The notes below the pieces were generated by a model. That model searched no databases. It worked only from the letters and a program-made list of their open reading frames with translations, and was not told the DNA's origin. A stretch of 63,843 nucleotides of DNA, counting the filler, from Folioceros fuciformis (taxonomy: Eukaryota), in NCBI GenBank assembly GCA_049999805.1. It is 6 parts of 6 records of this genome, joined end to end, with 100 filler letters (N's around TTAATTAATTAA, not from the genome) between each part and the next. Parts side by side here need not be neighbours in the genome. Positions count along the whole stretch, not along the records: positions 47,973 to 56,814 come from JBNGIO010005492.1; positions 56,915 to 63,843 come from JBNGIO010005501.1; 4 more parts are not named here. One strand, 5' to 3'. Positions within the stretch are counted from its first letter, which is position 1; each line of letters opens with the position of its first letter. Made by a program: the position numbers and the translations under genes. Below are positions 49,860-63,002 of the stretch, in pieces.

Positions 49860-52800
49860 AGCCCTCTTATACAATCGAGTTCAAGGAACGAGATAGGTTT
49901 AATGGCAATAAATACCTTGTGTGGAGCATTTGAATGAGAGCTACCCTTGATGCTAGACATGTGTGGATAGTCGTGAGCGGGCACTTTCAACAACCTTTAG
50001 TCATTGCCAGCCAACTTGACAAGGACAGGTGGGAAAATGCCAACAATGTGGCACGAGCCCTCATAATCAGTGGGCTTGACGAGGTACTTGTTCCAGATGT
50101 GGCTTATCTTGTGAAAGCAAAAGATATATGAATCAACTTTCATAGACCTATGATGTTAAAAACATTCTCACCCTTGTAGCTGTTAGGAGCAAGCTATTCA
50201 CCCTTTGCATGAGAGACAATGAAAAGGTTGTTGTTTTCATAGCCAAGTTTAGACACTTGCGTGCTCAAATGGCTTCCTTAGGTTCTCCCATGACTGAACT
50301 CGATGCAATAGCCCAACTTCTGACTAGCCTGCCTGCCAGCTACTAGCCTTTCGTTTCCAGCTATGGAGCATCCTTACGTGATGCAGGAAAAGCTGCAGCT
50401 GTAGGACAGCAAGTCCATATTAGCTTCACTAACATAGTGGGGGCTCTTTGTCAAGAGGAACAGTCACGTAGCAGTTTTCATTCCAACTCTGGGCGTACTA
50501 AAACTGATAGAGTTTTGTTTACCTCCAAGCCACGAATGTTCAACGAGAACAAGAATTCTCCTGTTGGCTCCTCTAAAGACACAAAACCAAGTCAGACTAA
50601 ACGAACTGGCTCCTGCAACTGGTGTGGTTCTCTCGGCCACTGGGAACGGGAGTGTCATAAAAAGAAATATGGAGAGCCTAAAAAGGCCGAGAGATCCCAC
50701 AAAGGGGCTGAGGCATACACGATCTCCAAGGACAAAACGTCACAAGGCAAACAACCAGTTGTGATGACAATCTGCCTGTCCACATTTTCCAAGACACACA
50801 ATGCTTGATACTTGGACTCGGGGGCCACAACCCACATCTGCCACAATCGGAGTTTAATGAGCAACTTTGTTCCTCTACATACATCTGAGAAGGTATTGCT
50901 TGGTGACGAACTCACCCGTTCAGGTCTCAAGACATTGGGGAAGGGCTCCTGCTATATCCTAAAATGAGACGACAGTCTTCTTTGTCTTGATAATGTTCAG
51001 TATGTCCCTTACATGGCCAAACATCTTATATCAGTTAGTCAGCTCATGCATATGAAATGTTTTGATCTAACCTTCAACTCTTCTGGCTGTCTCATCTCAA
51101 AGCGGGTTTTTTTATGTTTCTTTGTGGTGGCCAAAGATCTATTAGAGCATGATCTCTACAAGTTAGACTTATCATGCGTACGTGCTATAAGCAAACATGT
51201 TGCTACATAATCACAAGCTACACTGGCACAGCTTTGGCATGCTCGATTAGGGCATGCAAATAGGGACAAGCTTGTCAAGATGTCTCACCTAGAATGCTAT
51301 AAGGAACCATTGCCCAAATGTTTTAAGGAACTCCCTCCTTGCGATTCTTGCACAATTGCAACGCAGAAGGAGTTGCCTTTTCCTTCTACTGTTGCATTCA
51401 AGACTTCAAATGTCCTAGACCTTGTCCACACTAACATATCAGGGAAGATTCACGTACCATCACTTGGGGGCTCTTTCTACTACCTGACCATCACTAACAA
51501 CTACAGCCGTTATTCTTGGACCTATCCAATGAAGAAAAAGTCTTACACATTTCAGTTTTTTCAAGAGTGGCCGGTTATGGTACAAAGATAGACAAGGTGC
51601 TTCCTACGCTGCATTAGGTTAGACAATGGTACTGAATTTGTGAACTCCCCTTTTGATGAATACTTGGCTACTCAAGGAATCACTCGTCAGTTGAGTATCC
51701 CGTATACCCAGCAACAAAATGGGGTTGCTGAGCGGCAAAATCAAACCCTGCTCAGCATGACAAGAAGCATGTTAGCTTGGTCTGGATTGAGTAAGGCATA
51801 TTGGGCATAGGCTATAGTCGCTACCACTTACATCCTCAACAAACTTCTCACAAAATCCATCCCTGACCGAACACCTTTTGATGTCATATGGAAACGAAAA
51901 CCTAGCTTGCTACATTTATGGGTATTTGGCTCACCTGCCTATGCCTTCATTCACGCTGAGCAGCGCAAGAAGCTTGATGATCGGGCCAGACCCCTCATAT
52001 TTATCAGTTATGGCAAGGAGACAAAGGCCTATAAACTCTATGATCCACCTACCAATTCTTCGATATTTGCCCGTAGCATGACGTTTAAGGAGCTCGTCCA
52101 TTGAACACCTCGGCCCTTTGCCTTGGATTCTGAGTTTCTTAGCCCTCCTCTTCCTCCTGAACTCACAGACTTTGATGAGTCTCCTTCAGAATATCCTCAA
52201 GATGCTACCTATGAACCGCCTTCTGTTCCTTCTGTTTGGCGACAACAAGTAGTAGCCGGCAGTTCAGGGGGTGAAACTACAGCATCTCAACTTCAGCATA
52301 GAGTACAACAACAACTACTAGCACTACCAGTTATCCCCCTACCTGAAAACTGTGAATCTTGCAAACCTTGTTGCTGACACTGCTAATAGTTCTCATGCCA
52401 CACATTCTAGCTCAGAAATTGCTGATACTGCTGATACAGATATAGCTGAACATGCTGACGCGACTAACCCTCACCTTGAGATTGATGAGCCCATTGACAT
52501 GGCTAAAGCTGAGTCCACTGCTTCTGCACCTGTTATTGGGGAAAGGAGATATTCTAGCAAATCACGTCCATCTTGTGACCAATGGCAAGAGAAACCATAT
52601 CGGCCTGAAGACTTTAAGCAACCTCGCTCAACTAGGCTGTGTGAAGTTTTCTCTACAAGTACTACTCACCTTGCTCAGCCCCTACATACAAGGAAGGCAT
52701 TTTTGGTAACGACAAACACCACTGGCTACCTTCCATACAAGACAAATATGACTCACTCATGAAAAAAGAGGCAGAGTGGGAGGGACTTTCCTAGCAGGTT

Positions 52801-53108
52801 TGCACTTCACACAACAGGTTCCAACTACCATCTTCTGCGACAATATGTCGACCATAGCACTGGTAGGGAATTCATGTTTTCACGCTCGGACCAAGCACAT
52901 AGAGATTCATCACCATTTCATTAGACACTCTGTTGAGCACAAAGTGGTCTCAATAGAACACATCTCTACAGAGTTGAACACAGCAGACCTCCTTACTAAG
53001 AGTCTCCCTACTCTTAAGCACAATTTTCATTCAGAAGCCCTCGGCTTAGTAGATTACAATTCCTACTTTCTGAACGCATCTGTGAGACAATCATCATGGG
53101 GACCCTAG
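49860..53108 (+). pseudogene. Degenerate Copia gag-PR-IN-(RT deleted)-RNase H
   Basis: FKERDRFNGNKYLVWS, CNWCGSLGHWEREC, YLDSGATTH, WHARLGH, QQNGVAERQN. The RT start jumps at about 52765 to IFCDN..HARTKHIEIHHHF..ADLLTKSL. Confidence 0.9.
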
Positions 53109-53763
53109 TGATGCCTGCCGGATGAAGCTCAAAGACCCTATCCAATCGCCTGGATTCACCCTCAATCAATCTGGTAATGGCAACTTAGTTGTTGCTGCCA
53201 AGTGCCTTTCCAGCCTTCTACCCTGCTCCTCAACAAGTGCAAGATCTACTGGAGGCAACTTCACGTCCACCAATAAGACCAACTTGATTCTCCATCCCAA
53301 CATGTTCAGCTTCTACTCAATGGTGTTTTCCATGTCGTGAAATTGTCAGTGTGCGTCCTGTTCCTATACCAGGTGCACTGATCAGCAGCTCACACACCTC
53401 CTATCTGCCTACACACCAAGACTGAGCATTCACTCATCTTCCTAGCATCCTCCGATGTTGCCCACTAGTTGGCAATGTCCTCATGGCATCCTCACAAAAG
53501 CAGTGACGGTGAAGAAAAATGGGTTTATCCTAATTAAATTCAATGAAAGTTGAAAGGGTCCCACAGACAACACACAACACACATGTCATGTGAGTCACCC
53601 CGAGACCCCCGCGTTCTGGCCTTGGCCTCCACCACAGTAGTCATGACGAACACCAATGGCCAACCCCCAGGCTACTTGATACGCGCACTCAGCCGTTGGG
53701 TAGCACAAAAACATGAGCTGAAGTAAGTCATCCCCCTTTTGATCATCCCGACAAGGAGCCCCT

Positions 53764-54887
53764 CTAGCGGACTCAAACACATTCGTGCGCTGAGTCTCAG
53801 AGAGTGACCCTGACACAAAACTTCCAAAAACTCAATTCATGCTGGCATTAATTGTTCAGCTCCTAAGAGCACGACGGGTTGTGACATCGAATACTTGCAT
53901 ACAAGGTCCCATCAACTCCGTCAGGAGAACCCCTACGGCGCTAGCTTGCCAGTCTGCTCAATAGGAAAAGACTTCCCACAACTAAGGTTTCTCCTCGACT
54001 GCTCTGCACTTAGTTGCTTCGTCGCCACTTGTCCCGATGATGTTCTCCCCCTCATCCACACGCTTCACACCAGTGTTGCACTTTGCATCAGTGGCTCGTC
54101 CTTGCTCCAATGTGTCTTCACGTGTTCAGGTTGATCCAACCACTCCTCCACCTCGCTGCTCAAGCGTGAAGGCCATCTTGCAATTGCTTGTTGGTACAGC
54201 AAGTATTGGCTTAAGCATGCCTGTCAGCTGACCTTGTTCTCACGGCTTAATGAACTTCTAAACTAACAGCCAACCTAGCTTAACAAACTATTAAGCTAAC
54301 AGCCAGCATAGCTGTGGAAGCAAAACCCCGGGCACTGATTGCCGACGGGTTCCACCTTTNNNNNNNNNNNNNNNNNNNNNNNNNNNNNNNNNNNNNNNNN
54401 NNNNNNNNNNNNNNNNNNNNNNNNNNNNNNNNNNNNNNNNNNNNNNNNNNNNNNNNNNNCCTACAGCGGACTCAAACACATTCGTGCGCTGAGTCTCAAA
54501 GTGTGACCCCGACACAGAACTTCCAGAAACTCGGTTCGTGCTGACATTAATTGTTTAGCCCCTAAGAGCACAACGGGTCATGACACTGAATACTTGCATA
54601 AAAGTTCCCATCAGCCCTGTTAGAAGCACCCCTACGGCGCTAGCTTGCCAGTCTGCTCAACAAGGAAAGACTTCTCACAACTAAGGTTTCTCCGCGACCG
54701 CTCTGCACTTAGCTGCTTCGTCGCCACTCGCCCTGATAATTTTCTCCCCTCCATCCCCGCGCTTCACATCAGTGTTGCACTTCTGTTCAGTGGCTCCTTG
54801 CAGTTGCTTGCTGGTACAGTATATATTGGCTTAAGCATGCATGTCAGCTGACCCTGCTCTCACAGCTTAATGAACTTCTAAACTAAC
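53764..54887. repeat. Two diverged direct copies of a ~450-500 bp sequence (53764-54270 and 54460-54887)
   Basis: Shared from GCGGACTCAAACACATTCGTGCGCTGAGTCTCA to TGAACTTCTAAACTAAC. The second copy is cut by the LTR at 54888. Confidence 0.85.
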
Positions 54888-55134
54888 TGTAGATAAATCT
54901 AGGATCGATTAGGTGAGAGAGAGAGATTTAGGCAAAGAATTAATTATATTGTTTGAGCCGGTGGCTCTTTAAGCGCGGCCACGTGACGGTTGGTCGCGTC
55001 CCATGGCATGGATGCCGGTTAGGGTTTGGGGTGCGTCATTTTGACGCACCCATTACGATCTACCATTTCGGGGTTTTAATTTAATTTACCTAATTATGCT
55101 TTCTACTTAAATATGTGACCTAGCATTTTCTACA
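54888..55134 (-). repeat. 3' LTR (247 bp) of the minus-strand Copia, PPT at 55135-55144
   Basis: TGTAGA...TCTACA termini. TAAGTGGGAG precedes it on the minus strand. The left end coincides with the break in the flanking repeat copy. Confidence 0.8.
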
Positions 55135-55233
55135 CTCCCACTTAGGAAGCATAACTTGACGAACGTGTTCGTTGCTGCAGTTCCGTTGCGCCGCTAAGTT
55201 TCCGCTAGGGTTGCCGACGTTCTGCCACTGAAG

Positions 55234-55695
55234 ATGGACACTTTGACAGTTCTCGTTCTTGCTCAGTCCGCTGTTCTGGTGATGCTCGTCATCCACGCCT
55301 TGTGGCGCTCCAGGAGGCCGTGTCAACTTTGCGTTGATTTTTTCTAAGCTGCGATCCCTGGAGGATGAGCTTGAGGCTGCGCACTCGCGCTGGCGGCACG
55401 CTCAAGAGTACCCACAGCTAGTTCCAGGTGCTCCCTTCCGATATCTTCCCAACTGCTCCGACAAATTCATGTATGCAGGCAGCGAGTTTGCTGAAGACGG
55501 CAGGTTGATACTCCGCTACGGTGATTCCTTCTTGCCTTGCCTCCCACTGACTTGCTTTTCCACCCAGATTGCAGCTGACTTGGCTTGCTTCGTGTTCTTG
55601 CAGAACCTTGGTACAAATGCACCACTGTCATGCCCTTTCGCCGCTTCAGAGACTGGAGGACTGTAGGGTTAGGTGGTCAAGATGATGCTACCTAA
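55234..55695 (+). pseudogene. Spliced antisense accessory gene inside Copia (copy 2; intron 55521-55603)
   Basis: Hydrophobic N-terminus plus CQLC, one-base frameshift in a T6 run, then a GT..CTGAC..TTCTTGCAG phase-1 intron giving ..LILRY-E-PWYKC..QDDAT*. Stop is 14 bp from the pol stop. Confidence 0.55.
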
Positions 55696-55709
55696 GAATG
55701 GTGTGCAGT

Positions 55710-56598
55710 CTAGGTGTCAAGCCTTTCTACGAGCCCCATGGCCCGATAGAATTTTTCATGCTTGTCTCTTGGAAGAGCTTTTGTCAGTAGGTCGGCTACA
55801 TTCTCGTCTGTAGGGCAGTACTGCAGGTTAGCATTCCCCTCGCTAATGACTTGTCTAATAAAATGATGCTTGATGTCAATATGCTTTGTACGAGCATGCA
55901 TCATTGGATTTCTGGCTAGAGCAATGGCCGATTGGTTATCGCAAAGAAGTAGGGTTGGAGCAGTTTGTTGCTCTCCCAGAGATGCTAGCAGTCCTCTTGT
56001 ATAGACCACGTCTTGTGCTGCTTGAGCAGTAGCTGTGTATTCTGCTTCTGTTGAAGACAGGGCGACAACGTGCTGTTTCTTGCTATACCACCCGACTATG
56101 GTTGCTTCAAACTGGTTCTTCCCCAACATCAAGCAGTTTGCTGAGATTGAACGTCGGGTGTCACTATCTGCTGCCCAGTCAGCGTCGAAGAAGCAGGTAA
56201 GTAGCAGCAGCTCAGGTCTTTGCTTGTACAGCAGGCCCAAGCCTTGTGCTCCTTTTAGATACCTCAGAATGCGCTGTGCAGCTACCCAGTGAGCAGTCCC
56301 GTAGTTTGTCAAGAACTGCGCTGTGGCTCCCACTTCATGGGATAACTCTGGCCGAGACTAGTTTCTGCAATAGATGAGGGGTGCACACTACAGACCTGTA
56401 TGGAACAGACTCCATTTTCTGCCTCTCATCCTCTGACTTTGGGCACTGGTCTTGGGAGAGTTTGTCCCCTACAGCCATAGGAGTAGCTGCTGGTTTGCAA
56501 TCTTGCATTCTGACTAGGACTTGCTTGATAAACTGTGTTTGATGAATGTACACAGTATGTGTGGCCAGGTTCCAGATAATCTGGACACCTAGGAAGTA
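55710..56598 (-). pseudogene. Copia RT C-terminus and RNase H
   Basis: VPYRSVV, RILRYLKG, FFDADWAADSDTRRS, WYSKKQHVVALSSTEAEY, CDNQSAI, HARTKHIDIKHHF, ADLLTKAL. Confidence 0.92.
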
Positions 56599-56814
56599 GG
56601 TGAGTTTAGGGTTTAGGGTTCATGATGGGGTTCATTCAGGTCTATGGGTTCACCCTCCTCATGTACTAGGAAAGAACTGTATGTTAATGGGGGGTTTTGC
56701 CATTCACTTGGGGAGGAGGTATGTCTCCTTCAACCTAAGTTTGTGCCCCTACGAAATGCAGGTTCAGGTTCAACACCTTCTGTTGCAGCCTGCATGCTTT
56801 CAGTGCTTTCATTT

Positions 56815-56914
56815 NNNNNNNNNNNNNNNNNNNNNNNNNNNNNNNNNNNNNNNNNNNNTTAATTAATTAANNNNNNNNNNNNNNNNNNNNNNNNNNNNNN
56901 NNNNNNNNNNNNNN
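56815..56914. other. Artificial scaffold-joining spacer
   Basis: 44 N + TTAATTAATTAA + 44 N. Confidence 0.97.
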
Positions 56915-57196
56915 GAGCGTGAGGCCCGGTCGCGAGCCGCCAAGGCCCGGCGCCGCGCTGTGTGCAGCGACGCGGCTGCGAGCGTGCAACCCGCGGCCAC
57001 GCGACGAAGCACCGTGCGCGACGGGAATTTGGCGGTCGACGCGGCCGGAACTTCTGTCGCGATTTTGATTGCTGCTGCAGGTCTTCAGATTCTGTTGCGG
57101 CCATCAAAAATTCCTGATTCCAGAGCGCTTCATGTGGGCGCTCCCGCTGATCCACAAATTGTGGGCTTTTGCTGATTTGCAGATGGTAATCCGAAG

Positions 57197-58415
57197 ATGG
57201 CAATCGGTGAAGTCCCCGTCGATGGCGAAGCTCCTGCTGATTTGGAAATTCAACGTACTTGGTCCCTGGCCAACGGCGATGTGTGGGTACCGGGTGCCGA
57301 TGAAGTCGAAGCCGCTGCTGACCAAACGTGGGAGGAGACCAAATGGGGAGATGAGCTGGATTTTCCCACTAGAACTCCAAACAGATGGTACCCATCTCCT
57401 CTTCGTAGGAAAAGATTGTCGCTCTCGTCGCCTTCTAGGAGTCGGAGCTGGAGTGAAGATGAGAATTTGCCGGGTTGCCGACTTGAGGTCTCGTCGAAGC
57501 TGTCCTTCTCTTTTGACGAGACATGGTGTGATGACTTCGACATTGATGAAGAGGACTCCATGGTGGGAGTCCAAGCCGATGTTGAAGATGCTCCTCACAG
57601 ATCTGTGTGCGAAGGAAGTCCAAGCTGGTGGTCTGCTCCCGTCGTCAATGATGATTTCGCTGACGCCAAAAGTGCCAATGATCTCCACAAACTAGCCTCT
57701 GGTATGTTAACCTGTTTGCATATATGCTACAAAGTGATAGATAGCATGTATACTAATGGGATGATCCATTGGCAGATCTAGCGGCTGGAGGACTTCAGAT
57801 GGATGAAACTGAAGACACAAGGGGAAAATGGAAGGGCAAGAGCAAGGTGGTAGCAGAGAGTAGTGGAAAAGAAAGTAAGTAGGAATAGGAGGTAGGATGC
57901 TCCTATTTATAAGGATAAAGGTTTTTTTTTTTTTTTGCTTAAAAGAAACTATGTGGTTGTAGGGATGGACAAGTGTGTGGGCACGGATCACTTGAGGATT
58001 GCTATCCCACAAAGAGTGGTCCCTGAAGCAACAAGGACAGGATATGCAATACCTGGCTGCTATCTTCCTATGGGAAGTTTGATGAAAGCTACCCACTTGA
58101 TATGCCCTGGGGATAAGGATAGTTACTATGCCCCAGCAGAATATGTTTGCCATAAAAAAGGAATCAAAATGGTATGGTTGGGAGCTGCCCCATGTGTTGA
58201 GTATGAAGGGCACACTAAACATACTTATAGTAAGTACCCTAATGCCATTTATGACTTAAATAGCATTTATTTATTTATTTTTATATTAACATGACTCCTA
58301 AATTTTGTGAATAGGATCTGTCTGGGCATTGGAGCGAGAAGCTCAGGAATACTATGAAGACTATTTAGAAATAGAAGAGGAACTTGATCATTTGGACAAA
58401 CTGTGTGGCTTGTAG
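57197..58415 (+). CDS. Four-exon gene antisense to Copia pol (copy 3), 323 aa, unknown function; exons 57197-57701, 57776-57874, 57963-58229, 58315-58415
   Basis: Three GT-AG phase-1 introns (74, 88 and 85 bp; donors GTATGT, GTAAGT, GTAAGT; TACTAAT branch site in intron 1) give an uninterrupted 972-nt frame. The 5' end may extend further. Confidence 0.7.
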
Positions 58416-58465
58416 CCAAGGTTAACTTTTAGTTGCCCACTTATGTTCCTCTATAGCTAGCTGAG

Positions 58466-61400
58466 TTAGGGTGGCTTAGACTTGATATCTAGTATCCCTA
58501 AACTCTTCATGTGCTTGCTATGTAAATCACGACCTAATGACTTGGTTAATATATCGGCCGGATTTTCTTGAGTTTGGATGTAATTTATGTCTATTGTTTT
58601 GTTTTCTAGCATTTCACGAATGTAGTGGTATTCAATTGCTATGTGCTTTGTTCTGGAGTGGAAGACGGGATTTCTAGCTAGGGCTATGGCCCCTTGACTA
58701 TCACTGAACAAAGGTGTGGGATTATGTTGGGGGTGACCAAGTTCGCCCAAGGTTAACCTACACCAAACTATATCTTATGAGACTGAGGTTAGGACTCTAT
58801 ACTCAGACTCAGTGGATGACAAAGCAATTGTAGGTTGTTTCTTACTTGACCAAGAGATTGGAGCACCTCCCAATAGTAGAACATAGCCAGATACAGATTT
58901 ACGGGTGTCTGGATCACCGGCATAGTCAGCATCAGCATATGCTGTTAGGATTAAATTGGGTATGCTGGGTTTGTACTTGTAAGTCAATCCAGTGTGCATA
59001 GTTCCTTTTAGGTATCTGAAGATACGTTTGACTGATAGCCAATGTTCCCTTCCAGGGTTCTCTAGGAACTATGAACATGCACTAACTTCAAAAGAAATGT
59101 AGGGTCTTGTGAAGTTACTTAAGTAAATCAGGGTGCCAACAGCATGTCTATATGGTACTGCTGACATCTCATGCTTCTCCGTATCTGTTTTAGGGCTCAT
59201 ATCTGAGGTGAGCCTAATGCCACTAGCAAAGGGGGTAGTGGCCGGCTTGGCTTCTTCTAATCCAAATTTTGTTAAACTCTCTTTAAATATACTTAGTCTG
59301 AACTAAGCTTAGAGTTTTGTTGCCTCTATCCCTGATGATATTAACGCCAAGGGCATAAGTCATCTCTCCGAGATCAGTCATCTCAAAATGACTTCGTAAC
59401 CATGCCTTGATTTCAGCTAGGAGGGATAAGGCAGATGAGGCCATAAACAAGTCGTCGACATAAAGTAGAAGGTAAATTATATCACTTCCTGATTTCAATA
59501 TGTACATGCTAGCATCGGCTTTGCTTCGTTTGAAGCCACGATTAACTAGCTTGACATGTATGACGACATTCCATTCTTTGCCTGATTGCTTCAGGCCATA
59601 AATGCACTTAATAAGTTTGCACACCCAATTTTCTTTTCCCTTGACCTCATAGCCCTCAGGCTATCTCATATAGATCTCCTCTTGTAGACGTCCATGCAGG
59701 TAAGCTGTCTTGACGTCCATCATGTGGAGGTGAAGGTCATGTTGTGTGGTTAAGGCTAAGATCATTCTTAGGGAGGCAAACTTGGCAACTGGTGCATAAG
59801 TGGCATGGGGTGGATAATCTAAACCAGGGATCTGGGTAAACCCTCTAGCCACTAATCGTGCCTTGTATCTCTCAATGGAACCATCACCGTTTCGTTTGAT
59901 TTTGAATACCCACTTGCTAGTCACTATTTTTCTGCCCTTAGGTGGTTTCACCAATTCCCATGTCGAGTCTTTAACTAATGAGTTATACTTAGAATCTACT
60001 GCTACTTTCCACAAGTCTTTCTCTGGAGAGGAAAATGCTTGTTTCAAGGTCAGAGGCTCTTCGGGATCAACAGTGGCTTTATAGACAGCCTGGTGAAAAA
60101 GGGAGAAGGGAGAAATAGGATCATCAATGGTAGCAAGGTATCCCAGGGGTGGTTCTTTCCATCCTGCTGGTCCTGAAATAACTGGTCTAGTTCTCAGGTT
60201 GTACCTTGGTGCAGGTTGTTTCATCATCAACGGCGACCTCTTCATGAGCTGGTTCGTATATAGGAGAAGCAGGCTCATCTTCGACCAGATAATCATCCTC
60301 AAGAGGTTCTTCAGTATCCTCTGCATCGGGGATGTCCTCAAGGTGTTGAGGTTCTTCGGTATCGGGATCCGGAGTTGTGGGTCGACGAGGGCGTCGAGGG
60401 ATATGTAGCTCCTCCTCCTCCTGCAGTATAGGTGCAACAACAGGAACAGGAACAGGAGCAGGAGCAGGGACAATATGTTGAGTTATGAAATCATTATCAT
60501 CAAAAGAGGAGTACTCGGGGTTCTCAGGAGGAAGAACATCATGAGTAGTGTCCGCAGGAGCTCCCACTGAAGGTGAAAGTATGTGGGACTCATTAAAAGT
60601 GACACTCCTGGCATATAAGAGCTTCCTGGTAGCAGGATCAAATAGTTTGTATCCTTTGATGCCTTCTGTGTAGCCAATGAAAGTATACTTGGCTGCCTTA
60701 GGATCTAGCTTCTTTCGCTGTGCTTTAGGTATAAAGACATAAGCAGGAGATCCAAAAACTCGAAGATGGTCGATTGAAGGCTTCCGACCAATAAAGGCTT
60801 CATAAGGTATCATACCTTGGACTGCAGATGTCGGAAGTCTATTGATGAGATAGGTTGCTAAAAGCATGGCCTCTGCCCAATAAGTCTTGGATAATTTAGC
60901 TTGGGAGAGCAAGCAACCTGTGATCTCTTGAAGGCGTAGGTTCTTATTCTCTGCTACGCCATTTTGCTGAGGTGTATGTACAACGGTGAGTTGTTGAGCT
61001 ATGCCTTCAACTCGACAAAAATCAGCAAATTCATGAGATGTAAACTCTCCTCCATTGTCAAAACGGAGGGTCTTGAGTTTTTTGTCTGTAAGTCTCTCGG
61101 CCCACATCATGTAGTCCTTGAAAAACTGAAAGGCTTGGCTTTTGTGTTTCAGGATGTATGTGAGGACAAAACGAGAATAATCATCTATGAATGTTAAGAA
61201 ACATCTACAACCGGTAAAGGATGGTGCAGAAATAGGGCCGTAAATGTCTGTGTGGACCAACTCAAGGGGTGCTGTGGCCCACTGGGGAGAGTGGTTGTGG
61301 AAGGGAGCCTCGTGCCTTTTGGTGGTGACATAGGCTTCGCACCAGGATAGGGGTTCTATCTTGGATAGGGAAGGTGTTCTATAAAAATTTCCCTTAGACA

Positions 61401-62991
61401 TTTGGATGAGTTTTTGGCTATTAGGATGACCTAGTCGGCAATGCCAAAGTGTGGTGTTGGAGGAGGTGTCAGAATTGTGGGTGGCTACATTCATGCTATG
61501 TAAGGGACCCACTTGGACGGATAGTTTGTATAGGCCGTCCTCTAGTGTGCCGGAGCAGATAGTATGTGACTTACTTGTGAGATGGGAAATAAGACAATTA
61601 TCTGCATGAAGAATGACTAAGCTAGCAGCAGACACTAGATTTTTACACATGGATGGTACGTGAAGGACATGGGAAAGAGAGAGAACTTGGCCTGAAGAAC
61701 ATCTGAGAGCAACTGAACCTACACCAGAGATGGGGAGGTTGTGATCATCGCCCAGTAGGACAGTCTGGTGTCCTGTGGCTGGCGAATAAGACTCAAAAGA
61801 GTTTTTGTTGTGACAGATATGTGATGTAGCTCCACTGTCTAAATACCAATATTGGTTTGATGGCTTTGATGATGCCATGCAGACAGTGAGAGCTGCCGGT
61901 GTTGTGGAAGATTGTTTCTTCACTACAACATGCGCTCCAAAGGCGGCCTCCTTCCTAGGCTCGCCGTTCTTCTTTTTCTTGCAGTCCTTCTCCATATGGT
62001 TCGGAATTCTGCACCAATTACAAATAACTCCAGTCTTCTTATTACCTCTTGCAGGTGCTGAAGAAGACGAATATTCACCGCCCTGTGAATATTGGTTGGG
62101 ATTGGGTCGTGAAGAAACAGGTCCTCTGCCGCGACCTCGGCCTCGACCTCTTCCTCTACCCCTTCCAGTGAACATCACCTGCTGTCTGGTTGATCTGGAT
62201 TCATGTCGACGACTTTGGTCCTCCTGTATGATTGCTCCAATCAATTCGGTGACGCTTAAATCCAAACTGGCATCACCTGAGGCTTCATGATTTCTCTAAG
62301 CACCTCGGAGAACTGCATTTTGAGTAGTCACGAAAGCCCTGTAGGAGGGTGGTAGAGAGGCGAGAAGAGTCATAAAACAGGATTGTTCGGTCAACTTGGT
62401 GCCGAATGCTGCTTCAAGGTTGGACTTGGCCATTCGGAAAATGCTGATATGATTGTCAATGGAGTCATTCTTTCTCATCTTGAGATTATGAAAATTGCGG
62501 GTAGCTGACAACAAGCTCATTACATCCTTAGATGAATATAACTGGGCAAGGCGGTCCCACATATCCTTGGAGGAATCGGCTTCAGAAACTTGGCGAACCA
62601 TGGATTCAGTAAGTCCACTCACTAGAATATCTTGGGCCTTCTGATCCTTATTGTCCCATTCTTCTATAGAGTCGAATCCCCACATGGGACGATCATTGGA
62701 ACCACTCACTATATCCCATAGTTCATGCTGCCGCAATACTCCTTTCATGCGAATACTCCATACATCATATCCTTTTCCATTGAATCTATCCTTTTCCTTA
62801 AAGCTATCTCCATGAACCACTGTCGTTGACGTCTTTGGATCATATTTGAGTTTTTCTTTCTCTTTAGCCTTTTCGGCTTCCCAACTCTTCTTCTCATCTT
62901 CAAGCCATTTGGCCTTTTGCTCCTCTAGCCACTGCTTTTTAACTTTTTCAAGTTGATTAATATCGGAGTCGTCAACATTCACTCTAGCCAT
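58466..62991 (-). pseudogene. Near-complete Copia gag-pol (gag, PR, IN, RT, RH) with few disablements
   Basis: FKEKDRFNG, RG repeat, CNWCRIPNHMEKDC, WYLDSGATSH, WHCRLGH, PQQNGVAE, YKARLVARGF, MDVKTAYL, LYVDD, YADADY, RTKHI, ADILTK. In-frame TAG at 62296, frameshift near 60200. Confidence 0.95.
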
Positions 62992-63002
62992 CGCAGGTGA
63001 GT

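Noticed and set aside
53110-53520. Possible fourth antisense gene after the plus-strand Copia RNase H
   Set aside because: The frames examined contain several stops, with no convincing splice pair or shared motif.
56598-56620. TTTAGGGTTTAGGG as a telomere
   Set aside because: Only about two units, internal to the scaffold.
62296-62298. Programmed readthrough between gag and pol
   Set aside because: The stop lies inside gag, before the zinc knuckle, and the element has other disablements. It is most likely a point mutation.
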